From an uncultured beta proteobacterium (GTDB lineage: Bacteria > Pseudomonadota > Gammaproteobacteria > Burkholderiales > SG8-39): a stretch of DNA of 64,000 nt. Positions 28,926-37,754 of this stretch are shown here, piece by piece. The DNA lies in the NCBI GenBank assembly GCA_903899705.1, contig CAIUKQ010000192.1, positions 103 to 64,102 on the forward strand, in the 5' to 3' direction. The notes below the pieces were generated by a model. The model saw nothing but the letters and a program-made list of their open reading frames with translations, was not told the DNA's origin and ran no database searches. Positions within the stretch are counted from its first letter, which is position 1. Each line of letters begins with the position of its first letter. The translations under genes and the position numbers were made by a program.

Positions 28926-30613
28926 TGCAGTTTGATTACATCATCGTAGGAGGCGGTTCGGCGGGCTGCGTGCTCGCCAATCGGCTCTCCGCAAAGACGG
29001 GCAACAAGGTCCTGCTGCTGGAGTCTGGCGTGGATACCCCCCCTGAGGCGGTCCCCGCGGACATTCTGGATACCTTTCCCAAGGCCGCGCTGATTCCGCT
29101 ATACAAGTGGATGAAGTTGTTCGCACACACCAATTCGCTCAAGACAGAACTTGGCAGGCGGCTTGCACCCATCCTCTATGACCAGGCTCGGGTGATGGGT
29201 GGGGGATCCAGTGTCAATCATCAGGCGGCCAATCGCGGCGCACCCGAAGACTATGACGAGTGGCGAAATCTGGGTGCGGAAGGGTGGGGATGGTCGGATG
29301 TATTGCCCTATTTCAGAAAGCTCGAGAACGATGCCGATTTTGACGGCCCGCTGCATGGCAAGAATGGTCCGCTACCCATTCAGCGAATGCCGCGAAAGGA
29401 CTGGTGCGGGTTTTCGGAGGGGGTTGCCCAAGCCGCGGAAGCGCTGGGGTTGCCCTACATCGCCGACCAGAACGGTGAATGGAAGGACGGCTGGTTTCCC
29501 GCCACCTTGAACAACGAGCCCGGCCACCGCGTTTCGGCGGCCATGGCCTACCTGGATGCAGCCACGCGCAAGCGGCCCAACCTTCGCATCATTGCGCAGG
29601 CCCATGTTCAGACAATCCTGATGGAGGGCGTACGTGCCGTCGGCGTGAAAATTGAAAGGCAGGGCAGGATCGAGGAATTCCGTGCCGGCGAAGTAATCCT
29701 TTCTGCCGGCGCGATCCATTCACCGGCTATGCTTATGCGCGCCGGAATCGGGCCCGGCGCGCATCTGGCCGAAATGGGAATTCCCGTCATTTCGGATCTG
29801 CCCGGGCTCGGTTCCAATCTTCGCGACCATCCGGGCATTCCGCTGCTGGCCTATGTCGTTCCCGGGGCGCGTGTACCGATGAGCGAGCGGCCTCTGCAGA
29901 TATCGCTGAGGTTTTCATCCGGGGTCGAGGGTTGCCCCCCCGGAGACATGTTTTCTGCCGTGTTTTGCCGCAGCGGTTGGCACCCCGTTGGCTGGCGCCT
30001 GGGCGGCATCATGACCTGGGTTAACAAATCCTATTCGACCGGTCGTGTGAGCCTGAAAACGACCGATTGGCGTGACGAACCTAAAATGGAACTCAATCTG
30101 TGCGAGGACCCGCGGGATACCCGGCGGTTGATGGCAGGGGTGAGGTTCGCGGCGTCCTTGTATGACAAGGAGCCGCTCGCCAGGGTCGCGCAGCATCCGT
30201 TTCCCGCCGCTTTTACCCCGCGCATGAGAGCTGCCATGGCGGTCAACACCAAGAATGCGGTGGTCATGACGGCGCTGGGTTGGCTGCTCGATGGCCCGAA
30301 ACCATTGCGCGAAACGCTGCTCACCAAAGCCATCACCATGGGTACCGATCTGAAAGCCTTGTTGGCGGAAGATGCGACCCTCGAGAAATTCGTGCGATCC
30401 ACCACCAACGGCATCAAGCATCTGTCATGCACGTGCCGGATGGGACGCGCGGATGATCCGATGGCCGTTACGGATACTGCGGGACGCGTCCGGGGTGTTG
30501 AAAACCTGCGGGTGGTGGATGCATCGAATATGCCATCATTACCGCGGGCAAATACCAACCTTGCGGTGCTGATGCTCGCTGAGAAAATATCGGATCAGAT
30601 ACTGGCGGCCTGA
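28925..30613 (+). CDS. GMC-family FAD oxidoreductase (choline dehydrogenase-like)
   Basis: Starts MQFDYIIVGGGSAGCVLANRLS, with GGGSSVNHQ and the C-terminal GMC signature RVVDASNMPSLPRANTN. The ATG shares one nucleotide with the RND stop (TAATG). Confidence 0.9.
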   Translation: MQFDYIIVGGGSAGCVLANRLSAKTGNKVLLLESGVDTPPEAVPADILDTFPKAALIPLYKWMKLFAHTNSLKTELGRRLAPILYDQARVMGGGSSVNHQAANRGAPEDYDEWRNLGAEGWGWSDVLPYFRKLENDADFDGPLHGKNGPLPIQRMPRKDWCGFSEGVAQAAEALGLPYIADQNGEWKDGWFPATLNNEPGHRVSAAMAYLDAATRKRPNLRIIAQAHVQTILMEGVRAVGVKIERQGRIEEFRAGEVILSAGAIHSPAMLMRAGIGPGAHLAEMGIPVISDLPGLGSNLRDHPGIPLLAYVVPGARVPMSERPLQISLRFSSGVEGCPPGDMFSAVFCRSGWHPVGWRLGGIMTWVNKSYSTGRVSLKTTDWRDEPKMELNLCEDPRDTRRLMAGVRFAASLYDKEPLARVAQHPFPAAFTPRMRAAMAVNTKNAVVMTALGWLLDGPKPLRETLLTKAITMGTDLKALLAEDATLEKFVRSTTNGIKHLSCTCRMGRADDPMAVTDTAGRVRGVENLRVVDASNMPSLPRANTNLAVLMLAEKISDQILAA

Positions 30614-30693
30614 AGCAGCCACCTTCCGTGATTCTTCCTGTTTATTTGGCGCCGGAGATATTCCGGGCTTCAGTGAATTGAAGGAGCAGGACT

Positions 30694-30709
30694 CCGCAGA
30701 ATTCTGCGG
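30694..30709. terminator. Perfect 16-bp palindrome between convergent genes (terminator-like, no U-tract)
   Basis: CCGCAGAATTCTGCGG lies 1 nt beyond the stop of the minus-strand Bug gene and 80 nt beyond the GMC stop. Confidence 0.35.
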
Positions 30710-30710
30710 C

Positions 30711-31688
30711 CTACTCGATCGGCTGAATATTCGCCGCCTTGACGATCTTTCCGGTCAATTCGATCTGTGAGCGGATCATCACTGCAAATTCCGCGGGCGT
30801 GTTGCCGATCACTTCGAATCCGGTTTCGATCAGTTTGGCCTTGGTCGAAGGCATTTGCAGCGCCTTCACGATATCGCCACCGAGGCGGGCAAGTATTGCC
30901 GGCGGAAGATTGGGTGGTCCGAACAAGCCTGTCCATGAGGGAGGCGGCTGGAATCCCGGAGCCGCTTCGGACAAGGCCGGCACATTGGGCAGCGCTTCAT
31001 AGCGGGTGGTGCCGACCCTTGCCAGTGCGATCACCTTGCCTGATTTCAGATGGGGGCCGATGGACCCCAATATCGAATACGCGATGGGAATCTGGTTCGA
31101 GAGCAGGCCCTGCACGGCTTCGACGCCGGTCTTGTAGGGAATATGAAGCAGGTCTGCACCGGTGATCATTCGCACCTGTTCCTGCGAAAGATGGTGCGTG
31201 GTGCCGAACCCCGACGTGCCATAGCTCAATTTACCGGGATAGGCCTTGCCGTAGTCGATCATTTCCTTCAGGGTTTTTACCGGCGAAGTCTGGCTGGCGA
31301 GGATCAGGGTTACCGTTTCTCCGACCGCTGACAGCGGTGTGAGGTCCTTCAACACATCGATAGGCGCGCCGCCCTTGGCAAGGAAGCGGCGGCTGATGAG
31401 TCCGTTCGGTGTCAGGGCGCCGATCACATAGCCTTCCGGCGGGGCTTTGGAAACCTGATCGGCGGCAAGCACGCCGCTTGCACCCGGACGGTTCTCGATG
31501 ATGACGGGTTGTCCGAGCACCTCTCCCATGGGGCCCTGTATTGCCCGAAGTACCAGATCACCGCCGCTGCCGGCGCCGAATTCGGCAATCATGCGTATTG
31601 GCTTGGCCGGATAAGACTGTGCCAGCGTTGCCGATGGCGCAGCGCAGGCAAGGCAGGCTGCAGTAGCCAGAAGTTTCTGAAAAATCAT
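30711..31688 (-). CDS. Bug-family (TctC-like) substrate-binding protein
   Basis: MIFQKLLATAACLACAAPSATLAQSYPAKPIRMIAEFGAGSGGD. ORF 30711..31838 was trimmed to the ATG at 31688. Confidence 0.85.
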   Translation of the reverse strand: MIFQKLLATAACLACAAPSATLAQSYPAKPIRMIAEFGAGSGGDLVLRAIQGPMGEVLGQPVIIENRPGASGVLAADQVSKAPPEGYVIGALTPNGLISRRFLAKGGAPIDVLKDLTPLSAVGETVTLILASQTSPVKTLKEMIDYGKAYPGKLSYGTSGFGTTHHLSQEQVRMITGADLLHIPYKTGVEAVQGLLSNQIPIAYSILGSIGPHLKSGKVIALARVGTTRYEALPNVPALSEAAPGFQPPPSWTGLFGPPNLPPAILARLGGDIVKALQMPSTKAKLIETGFEVIGNTPAEFAVMIRSQIELTGKIVKAANIQPIE

Positions 31689-31731
31689 GCAAGGCCACTC
31701 CTGTAAATACAGTTGAAGATTGTAGGGGCAT

Positions 31732-32520
31732 TCAATGGGGTTGGGCGATAAGGTTGCGAATTTGGGCAACTGCACTATCAACCTTGAACTGCAGGAATTG
31801 CTGTCCGAATTCCACGCTCGCCCGGCGCGGGTCCCCATCGACCCCGTTCGCGGGGGTGTTTGCGGATATTTTGTCTTGCCGGATCCAGCGACCGTCGGTG
31901 TCGATCGCCATCAGCTCGGAGGTATCGGACAGACCGGCATGCTGGCCCGGTGAGAGATTCTGCCTGGCGAGAAATTCCGTGACGAGCTCGAAGGATTTCA
32001 CGTAAGCGTCGGGAACGTAAAGCACCCGAATGCCCTGAGCACGCCACTGCGTAGTCAGGTCCGACGCAACACGCGCGAGTGCCTCCTGTCCGCCGCCGTG
32101 ATCACCTATCAGCGCAATATTCCTGAATCCGGCGGCAGCGGCGCTTTGTGCGAATTCACGCGCGACGGCGGCAAAGGTCGATTCCGAAACGCTGACACTG
32201 CCGGGAAAACGCATGTGATCGGTTTTCGCTACAGCGTCTCCAGTCGGTGCGAACGGCAATACCGGATAGACCAGTGCATTCCCCAGGTTCGACGCAATCC
32301 TCTGCGCAACATACCGTGCGATGAAATTGTGTTTGCCCAAAGCCATGTGCGGGCCGTTCTGCTCCGTGCTACCGGCGTAAATGATGGCGGTGACGGTGCC
32401 GGTTGCAACCGCATCGCGCACCTCGGTCCAGGTGAGATCCTCGAGGAACACTGAACGAGTTTGTGCATAGGCTGTATTGGATAAAAATACGATTAAAATC
32501 AATAAGATAAATGATTTCAT
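31732..32520 (-). CDS. Creatininase-family amidohydrolase with a predicted Sec signal peptide
   Basis: Contains GSTEQNGPHMALGKH and IGDHGGG motifs. N-terminus is MKSFILLILIVFLSNTAYA-Q. The ORF was trimmed from the TTG at 32544 to the ATG at 32520. Confidence 0.7.
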   Translation of the reverse strand: MKSFILLILIVFLSNTAYAQTRSVFLEDLTWTEVRDAVATGTVTAIIYAGSTEQNGPHMALGKHNFIARYVAQRIASNLGNALVYPVLPFAPTGDAVAKTDHMRFPGSVSVSESTFAAVAREFAQSAAAAGFRNIALIGDHGGGQEALARVASDLTTQWRAQGIRVLYVPDAYVKSFELVTEFLARQNLSPGQHAGLSDTSELMAIDTDGRWIRQDKISANTPANGVDGDPRRASVEFGQQFLQFKVDSAVAQIRNLIAQPH

Positions 32521-32540
32521 AGGGTGTCTGAAAAGGGCCA

Positions 32541-33641
32541 TCAATGGGATGCCGCGGGCTTTTTCAACCGCGGGAAGAGCCGTAGCGCATTGTCCCTGTC
32601 GATCGCCTTCCAGTCACGCTCGGACAGATGGCAGCGCTTGAGGCCCTGAATGATTTCCTTTGGAATGCGATAAGGGAAATCGGTTCCAAACAATATGTGC
32701 GACAAGGGCGTCAGTTCGCGCAGGCACAGCATGGCGCCGGGATGTTCGATTTGGGCGACTTCGTAATAGAAGCGTTTCAGTTCGTGCAGCACGCCCTTGG
32801 GTACGCTGCCTGCCATTCGCGGCTGGGCGAATAGACGGGTGAAGCGCTCCAGGAGATAGGGCATGGTGCCGCCGCCGTGTGAAAAGATGAACCGGATATC
32901 GGGGCAGCGTTCGGCCGTTCCGGTCAAGAGCAGGCTGATGATGGTGCGCGTGGTATCGGTGCCGTATTCAATGACGGAGTCCATGACTCCGGGCAGGAGG
33001 TTTTCGCAAAAGCTAGGCGCGGTGGGGTGCGTGTAGATTACCGCCTTGCGGCGATTGAGTTCGTCCATCACCGGGGCAAAAGCGGCATCGCCGAGCCAGC
33101 TGTCGCCGATGTTGGTGAGCAGGCCGATTCCATCGGCACCCAGAACGTCCATTGAATATTCGACTTCCGCGAGCGCCGCGTCGACATCGGGCAGCGGAAT
33201 GGCGGCAAAAAAGCCGAAGCGCCCGGGATAGTCACGTGCCATTTGCGCGGCGTATTCATTGCCGTCGCGGGAGCGCCTGATCGCGTTTTCGAGTTCGTCG
33301 CCCCACCAGACGCCGGGGGAAGAAATGGAAGTGATGGCGGTTGCAATGCCGTTCGCGTCCATGTGCTCTATGGATCGGGCGGGATTCCATCCCTGACGGT
33401 TGGGATGCGTGCTGCCTTCGAATGCCGCCAGTTCCGCGGTGTAGCGCGGGGAAGCGTGATGGTGATGCACATCGATGCGGCCCGGATTGACGGATGAAGC
33501 GGATTTTTTGCTTCCGGATTTAGGCACGGTTGCGTCGGCATTTTTAGTGCCGGACCGCACGCCGGCAAAATTCATCTCCGCGCATGGAAATCCTGAAAGA
33601 CAACAGCCCGCCTGCGGATGTATCGGAACCGGATTGTTCAC
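32541..33641 (-). CDS. Amidohydrolase-2 family protein (ACMSD/LigW-like metal-dependent hydrolase or decarboxylase)
   Basis: Has an IDVHHHH metal motif, FSHGGG and FGTDFPY. The ~55 aa upstream of the first His motif make the start uncertain. Confidence 0.75.
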   Translation of the reverse strand: MNNPVPIHPQAGCCLSGFPCAEMNFAGVRSGTKNADATVPKSGSKKSASSVNPGRIDVHHHHASPRYTAELAAFEGSTHPNRQGWNPARSIEHMDANGIATAITSISSPGVWWGDELENAIRRSRDGNEYAAQMARDYPGRFGFFAAIPLPDVDAALAEVEYSMDVLGADGIGLLTNIGDSWLGDAAFAPVMDELNRRKAVIYTHPTAPSFCENLLPGVMDSVIEYGTDTTRTIISLLLTGTAERCPDIRFIFSHGGGTMPYLLERFTRLFAQPRMAGSVPKGVLHELKRFYYEVAQIEHPGAMLCLRELTPLSHILFGTDFPYRIPKEIIQGLKRCHLSERDWKAIDRDNALRLFPRLKKPAASH

Positions 33642-33680
33642 GGGATGTCCGGCTGCGAATTGCCCGCGTTGCTCCGCACT

Positions 33681-34661
33681 TTATTCATCCTTGATCCCGG
33701 TGAGTTTCACCAGATCGTCGTAGGTTTTGCGATCGCTTTTTAGAAACTCCGCAAAGGACTCCGGAGTGCCCGGTTCGTCTGCAAGGTATCCCAGCGCCGT
33801 GAGTGCCTTGTCCGTGTAATTGTGGTCGGCCAGCAAGGCGTTGACTTCCTTGTTGAGGCGCAGGATGACGTCCCGCGGCGTTCCTGCCGGCGCGAATAGT
33901 CCCACCCACAACGGTGTTTCAAGATCAAATCCCGTGTTGCTCTCTTTCAGCGTGGGGATTTGCGCGAGGAACGGAGAGCGTTTGGTGCCTGTTGCGGCCA
34001 GTGCTTTCAATTTGCCGGCCTTCACCAGAGGTGCGGTCTGGCCCTGTCCGAAGACCGTAACCTGGACTTCACCCGCAATGCCCGCATTCAGCGCCTGTGG
34101 CGCTGTTTTGTACGGGACAGCATAAAAGGAGATATTTCGCGCGCGTTTCAACCACTCGATGTACATATTGGATGCACTGGTGGGTCCCCAGGTGCCAAAC
34201 GTAATCGAATCCGGCTTGGCGCGTGCCAGATCCAGCAGTTCGCGCAGGGAATTCACCGTCATGGTGGGATGCACCATCAGGAAACTGTCGAGAAACCCGA
34301 GCCGGCTGATGGGTGCGAAATCGCGTTCGGGATTGTACGGAAGGTCCTTGCGCAGAAAGGGAAAGAGCGAGATTTGCGCAGACCCGGTAAAGATGATCGT
34401 GTGGCCGTCCGGGGTGGCGCGCGCCGCAGCCTGCGCGCCGACAATGCCGCCCGCAGCAGGACGGTTGTCGACGACGACCGCCTGACCGAGAGACTGTGAA
34501 AGCGCTTGAGCCAGCGGCCGCGCCGCGGCATCGAATGCGCCACCCGGGGCGTTGGGAAGGATCATCGTCACGGCCTTGCGCGGATAAGGCTGTGAAGCCG
34601 CGGATCCAATGAACAGGCACCCCAGCGCGCCTGCAACGCACAATCGAAGGGGCTTGGTCAT
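33681..34661 (-). CDS. Bug-family (TctC-like) substrate-binding protein
   Basis: Signal peptide followed by SQPYPRKAVTMILPNAPGGAFDAAAR...VDNRPAAGG. Confidence 0.85.
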   Translation of the reverse strand: MTKPLRLCVAGALGCLFIGSAASQPYPRKAVTMILPNAPGGAFDAAARPLAQALSQSLGQAVVVDNRPAAGGIVGAQAAARATPDGHTIIFTGSAQISLFPFLRKDLPYNPERDFAPISRLGFLDSFLMVHPTMTVNSLRELLDLARAKPDSITFGTWGPTSASNMYIEWLKRARNISFYAVPYKTAPQALNAGIAGEVQVTVFGQGQTAPLVKAGKLKALAATGTKRSPFLAQIPTLKESNTGFDLETPLWVGLFAPAGTPRDVILRLNKEVNALLADHNYTDKALTALGYLADEPGTPESFAEFLKSDRKTYDDLVKLTGIKDE

Positions 34662-34674
34662 TCTCGTCTCCCGG

Positions 34675-35763
34675 TTATTGCGTCTTCATTCGCTCGGCCG
34701 CCTGCGTCGACACGCCGGCCCGGCCCGTGCGACGCGACTGCTCAAGCAATGCCTGCACATAGGTGTCGGCGCGCACCTTTTCGTAGCGCGCCGGACGCGA
34801 GGCGCTCTGGCAGGTATCCAGACATTCGACCTCGAAGTCGGCTCGCGGAAAGACAAAAAAAGGCACTGAGATTCGCGCGCCCTTGTTGTAATTGACCGCC
34901 CGGTGCAGGTTGGATGTATAGAGATCGTTGGTCCAGCGCGCAAAGAGGTCGCCTATGTTGACGACGAATGCGCCATCGATGGGCGGCCCCGCGATCCATT
35001 CGCCCGCGGCATTTCTTATCTCGAGTCCGCCCAGCTTGTCCTGCCACAACAGAGTCAGGGTGCCGTAATCGGTGTGCGGAGAAATTCCCCATTGCGTCCG
35101 ACCCATTTTTGCCGGGTCGGTGGCGGGATAGTAGTTGTAGACCAGATTGCAACCGAGGAAATGGTGGGAGTCCTCGAAGTAATTTTCGGGAAGCTCAAGA
35201 CTCAGGGCGAAGCCCTGAAGCAGTTGGTGCGTGAGTTGCTGGCGCTTGAGAAGGTGGGGCTGGATGAATTTTTTGAAGCCGGGAAGCAGTTTTTCATCCG
35301 GCCATCGGGTGCGGCCGGCCGAATGACGGCCTTCTTCCGGTTCTGCTTCCATGACTTCACGACTCATGGAGAACACTTCGCGCGTATCGACGGCCGTGTC
35401 GTAGCCCGCGTTGGTGCCGCCGCTGGGAATGAAACCCAGTCCCCGCGACTCCGTTGTCTTCTGAAGTTTCAGTCGTTCTTCCAGTGGTAACGCCCAGAAG
35501 CGGTGACCCCAGGCAACGGACTCATCCAGTTCTGCTTCCGGGATGTCGTGACCCGTAAGGTAGAAGAATCCGATGTTGACGCAGGCGTCGCGTATCTCAC
35601 GCCCCAGTCGCCGGCGGGCCTCAAGATCCTGTCCACGTGTGATGGGCGACAGGTCGATAACGGGCAGGTTCTTCAGCGGTACGCGCTTCACCTCGCCCCC
35701 CTGGCCCGTGTTATCAAAATCAAGAAATCTTTCTATCCCGCCTTCCAGCGTAATGCCTGCCAT
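34675..35763 (-). CDS. 2OG-Fe(II) oxygenase (isopenicillin N synthase/ACC oxidase-like)
   Basis: Contains PVIDLS...FFYLTGHDIP, SPHTDYGTLTLLWQD (HxD) and LHRAVN. ORF 34675..35970 was trimmed to the ATG at 35763, which has a GAGGAGGAG SD. Confidence 0.8.
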   Translation of the reverse strand: MAGITLEGGIERFLDFDNTGQGGEVKRVPLKNLPVIDLSPITRGQDLEARRRLGREIRDACVNIGFFYLTGHDIPEAELDESVAWGHRFWALPLEERLKLQKTTESRGLGFIPSGGTNAGYDTAVDTREVFSMSREVMEAEPEEGRHSAGRTRWPDEKLLPGFKKFIQPHLLKRQQLTHQLLQGFALSLELPENYFEDSHHFLGCNLVYNYYPATDPAKMGRTQWGISPHTDYGTLTLLWQDKLGGLEIRNAAGEWIAGPPIDGAFVVNIGDLFARWTNDLYTSNLHRAVNYNKGARISVPFFVFPRADFEVECLDTCQSASRPARYEKVRADTYVQALLEQSRRTGRAGVSTQAAERMKTQ

Positions 35764-35882
35764 GGTCAATACTCCTCCTCGTCGCTGGGATGTACTGCGA
35801 TCCGCCGGCAGAATGTGTTGTTTCCGCCCTTCTGGAAATGTACCATTCCCGCCTTCTAATGACACTAACTGGAGAAGACCCA

Positions 35883-36665
35883 ATGATCTGGTGCCGTTTT
35901 CAGCACGCCGGCCGCACGAGCTACGGAATCGTCGAAGGTGACATGGTGGTCCCGGTTGAGGGAAGCCCATTCGGTGAGCACCGTCGCACCGCTGAAAAAC
36001 TGGCGCTTTCTTCGGTCAAGCTTCTGGTGCCCGTGATTCCCGGCACGTTTTACTGCGCGGGCGTCAACTACAGCGATCACGTGACCAAGATGGCAAAAAA
36101 GCGCGGTGAAGAACCTAAACTGCCGACACGCGCTGAAATCGGCTATCGCGCCAATAACGCGCTGCTTGAGCATGAGGGCAATATTGTCAAACCGAAAGAT
36201 TCGGGCGAACTGTTCCAGTATGAGGGGGAACTGGTGGCCGTATTCGGCAAGACGGGCAAGCATATTCCCAGGGAGAAAGCGCTTGATTACGTATTGGGTT
36301 GGACCATCGGCAACGACGTCAGCGAGCGCACCTGGCAACGCGGCGACAGGACGTTCTGGCGCGGCAAGAACGCAGACACCTTCAAACCCATGGGGCCGTG
36401 GATTGTCACAGGCCTGCATCCGCGGGATATGCGCACCATCATCCGGTTAAACGGCAAAGAGGTGGAGAGCTTCAATACCGGCGATATGATTTTTGATGCG
36501 GAGACATTCATCAGTGAGACCAGCCGCTATTGCACCATTCAGGCGGGCGACGTGATGTGGCTGGGGACCGATGGCGCGCCGCAGAACATGAAGGTGGGTG
36601 ACACGATAGAAGTCGAGATTACGGGCATCGGCGTGCTGCGCAACTACATCGTCGCTGAAGCCTGA
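35883..36665 (+). CDS. Fumarylacetoacetate hydrolase (FAH) family protein
   Basis: Contains GVNYSDHV, YEGELVAVFGK, GWTIGNDVSER and KNADTFKPMGPW. ORF 35790..36665 was trimmed to the ATG at 35883. Confidence 0.85.
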   Translation: MIWCRFQHAGRTSYGIVEGDMVVPVEGSPFGEHRRTAEKLALSSVKLLVPVIPGTFYCAGVNYSDHVTKMAKKRGEEPKLPTRAEIGYRANNALLEHEGNIVKPKDSGELFQYEGELVAVFGKTGKHIPREKALDYVLGWTIGNDVSERTWQRGDRTFWRGKNADTFKPMGPWIVTGLHPRDMRTIIRLNGKEVESFNTGDMIFDAETFISETSRYCTIQAGDVMWLGTDGAPQNMKVGDTIEVEITGIGVLRNYIVAEA

Positions 36666-36682
36666 CGGGCCGGGATGTGCGG

Positions 36683-37645
36683 ATGAAGAGCTGCGCCGGC
36701 GCAATTCTTTTCTCGGTGGCGAGTATTGCCTTTGGCGGCGCCTGGGCGCAGCAATATCCGTTCAAGCCGATACGCCACCTCATTGCCATATCCGGAGGCG
36801 GGGAAACAACGGCCCGCATGATCGCCGATCAGGCCGCGTTGATCCTGGGCGTGCCGATTGTGGCGGAATCGCAAAGCGGGGCAGGCGGTGCCGTCGCGGT
36901 GGTGAACACCCTGCGCTCCGCACCGGACGGATACACCATCCTTTACGCGACGGCGCAGAACATCGTGTTGCGTCCGTTTCTTGTCAAGAACAATCCTTAC
37001 GATCCGCTGCGGGACCTGACGCCCCTTGCGCAAGTCGGTGAGACAACGTACGCGCTGGCGGGTAGCTTGCAATTCCCGGCGTCAACGCTGGGAGAAGTCA
37101 TCGAATTCGCCAAACGAAATCCCGGGCGAGTGTCGTATGCGAGCACCGGGGTTGGCACCACGGGGCACCTTGCCGGTGTGCTGATCGGGCAACTGGCGGG
37201 CGTACAGTTGCTTCATGTTCCCTACAAGGGCGGAACGCAGTCAATGCCCGATCTGATCGGTGGGCGGGTGTTGCTTTCGTTCACCACCATGAGCAGTTTC
37301 ACCCCCATGGTTGAGTCTGGAAAAATCCGCATCATTGCTGTTGGACAGGAGAAGCGCTATGAACGCCTGCCAAAAGTTCAAACAATTGCCGAGGTGCTTC
37401 CGGGTTTTGAAATACCACCGGGATGGTTCGGATTTTTCGGACCTGCCGGCATGCCGCCGGCCGTTGTGAAGCGGCTCTCGGATGCGCTGATCCGGGGTGC
37501 GAGAGTGCCGGAAGTGGTCAGGAAGCTCGAAGATGTTGGTGTTGCCATCGTCACAAAAGATTCGGATCAGTATGCCCAATTCATCCGGCAGAACATTGCG
37601 TTGGCGGCGCGTGTGATGAAAACGGCTGGAATTGAGCCGGAGTAA
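36683..37645 (+). CDS. Bug-family (TctC-like) substrate-binding protein
   Basis: MKSCAGAILFSVASIAFGGAWAQQYPFKPIRHLI... and VSYASTGVGT. The ORF track starts at the GTG at 36677; the ATG at 36683 was preferred. Confidence 0.85.
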   Translation: MKSCAGAILFSVASIAFGGAWAQQYPFKPIRHLIAISGGGETTARMIADQAALILGVPIVAESQSGAGGAVAVVNTLRSAPDGYTILYATAQNIVLRPFLVKNNPYDPLRDLTPLAQVGETTYALAGSLQFPASTLGEVIEFAKRNPGRVSYASTGVGTTGHLAGVLIGQLAGVQLLHVPYKGGTQSMPDLIGGRVLLSFTTMSSFTPMVESGKIRIIAVGQEKRYERLPKVQTIAEVLPGFEIPPGWFGFFGPAGMPPAVVKRLSDALIRGARVPEVVRKLEDVGVAIVTKDSDQYAQFIRQNIALAARVMKTAGIEPE

Positions 37646-37754
37646 GGCGTTGCATCCGCTGTCATTCAGCGCGGTTTCGCGCTTGAGTTAGGGTGGTAAA
37701 GCGGGTACCTTGTCCACGGGGGCGGTAACGATCAATTGACCGGGAGGCGTCTGG

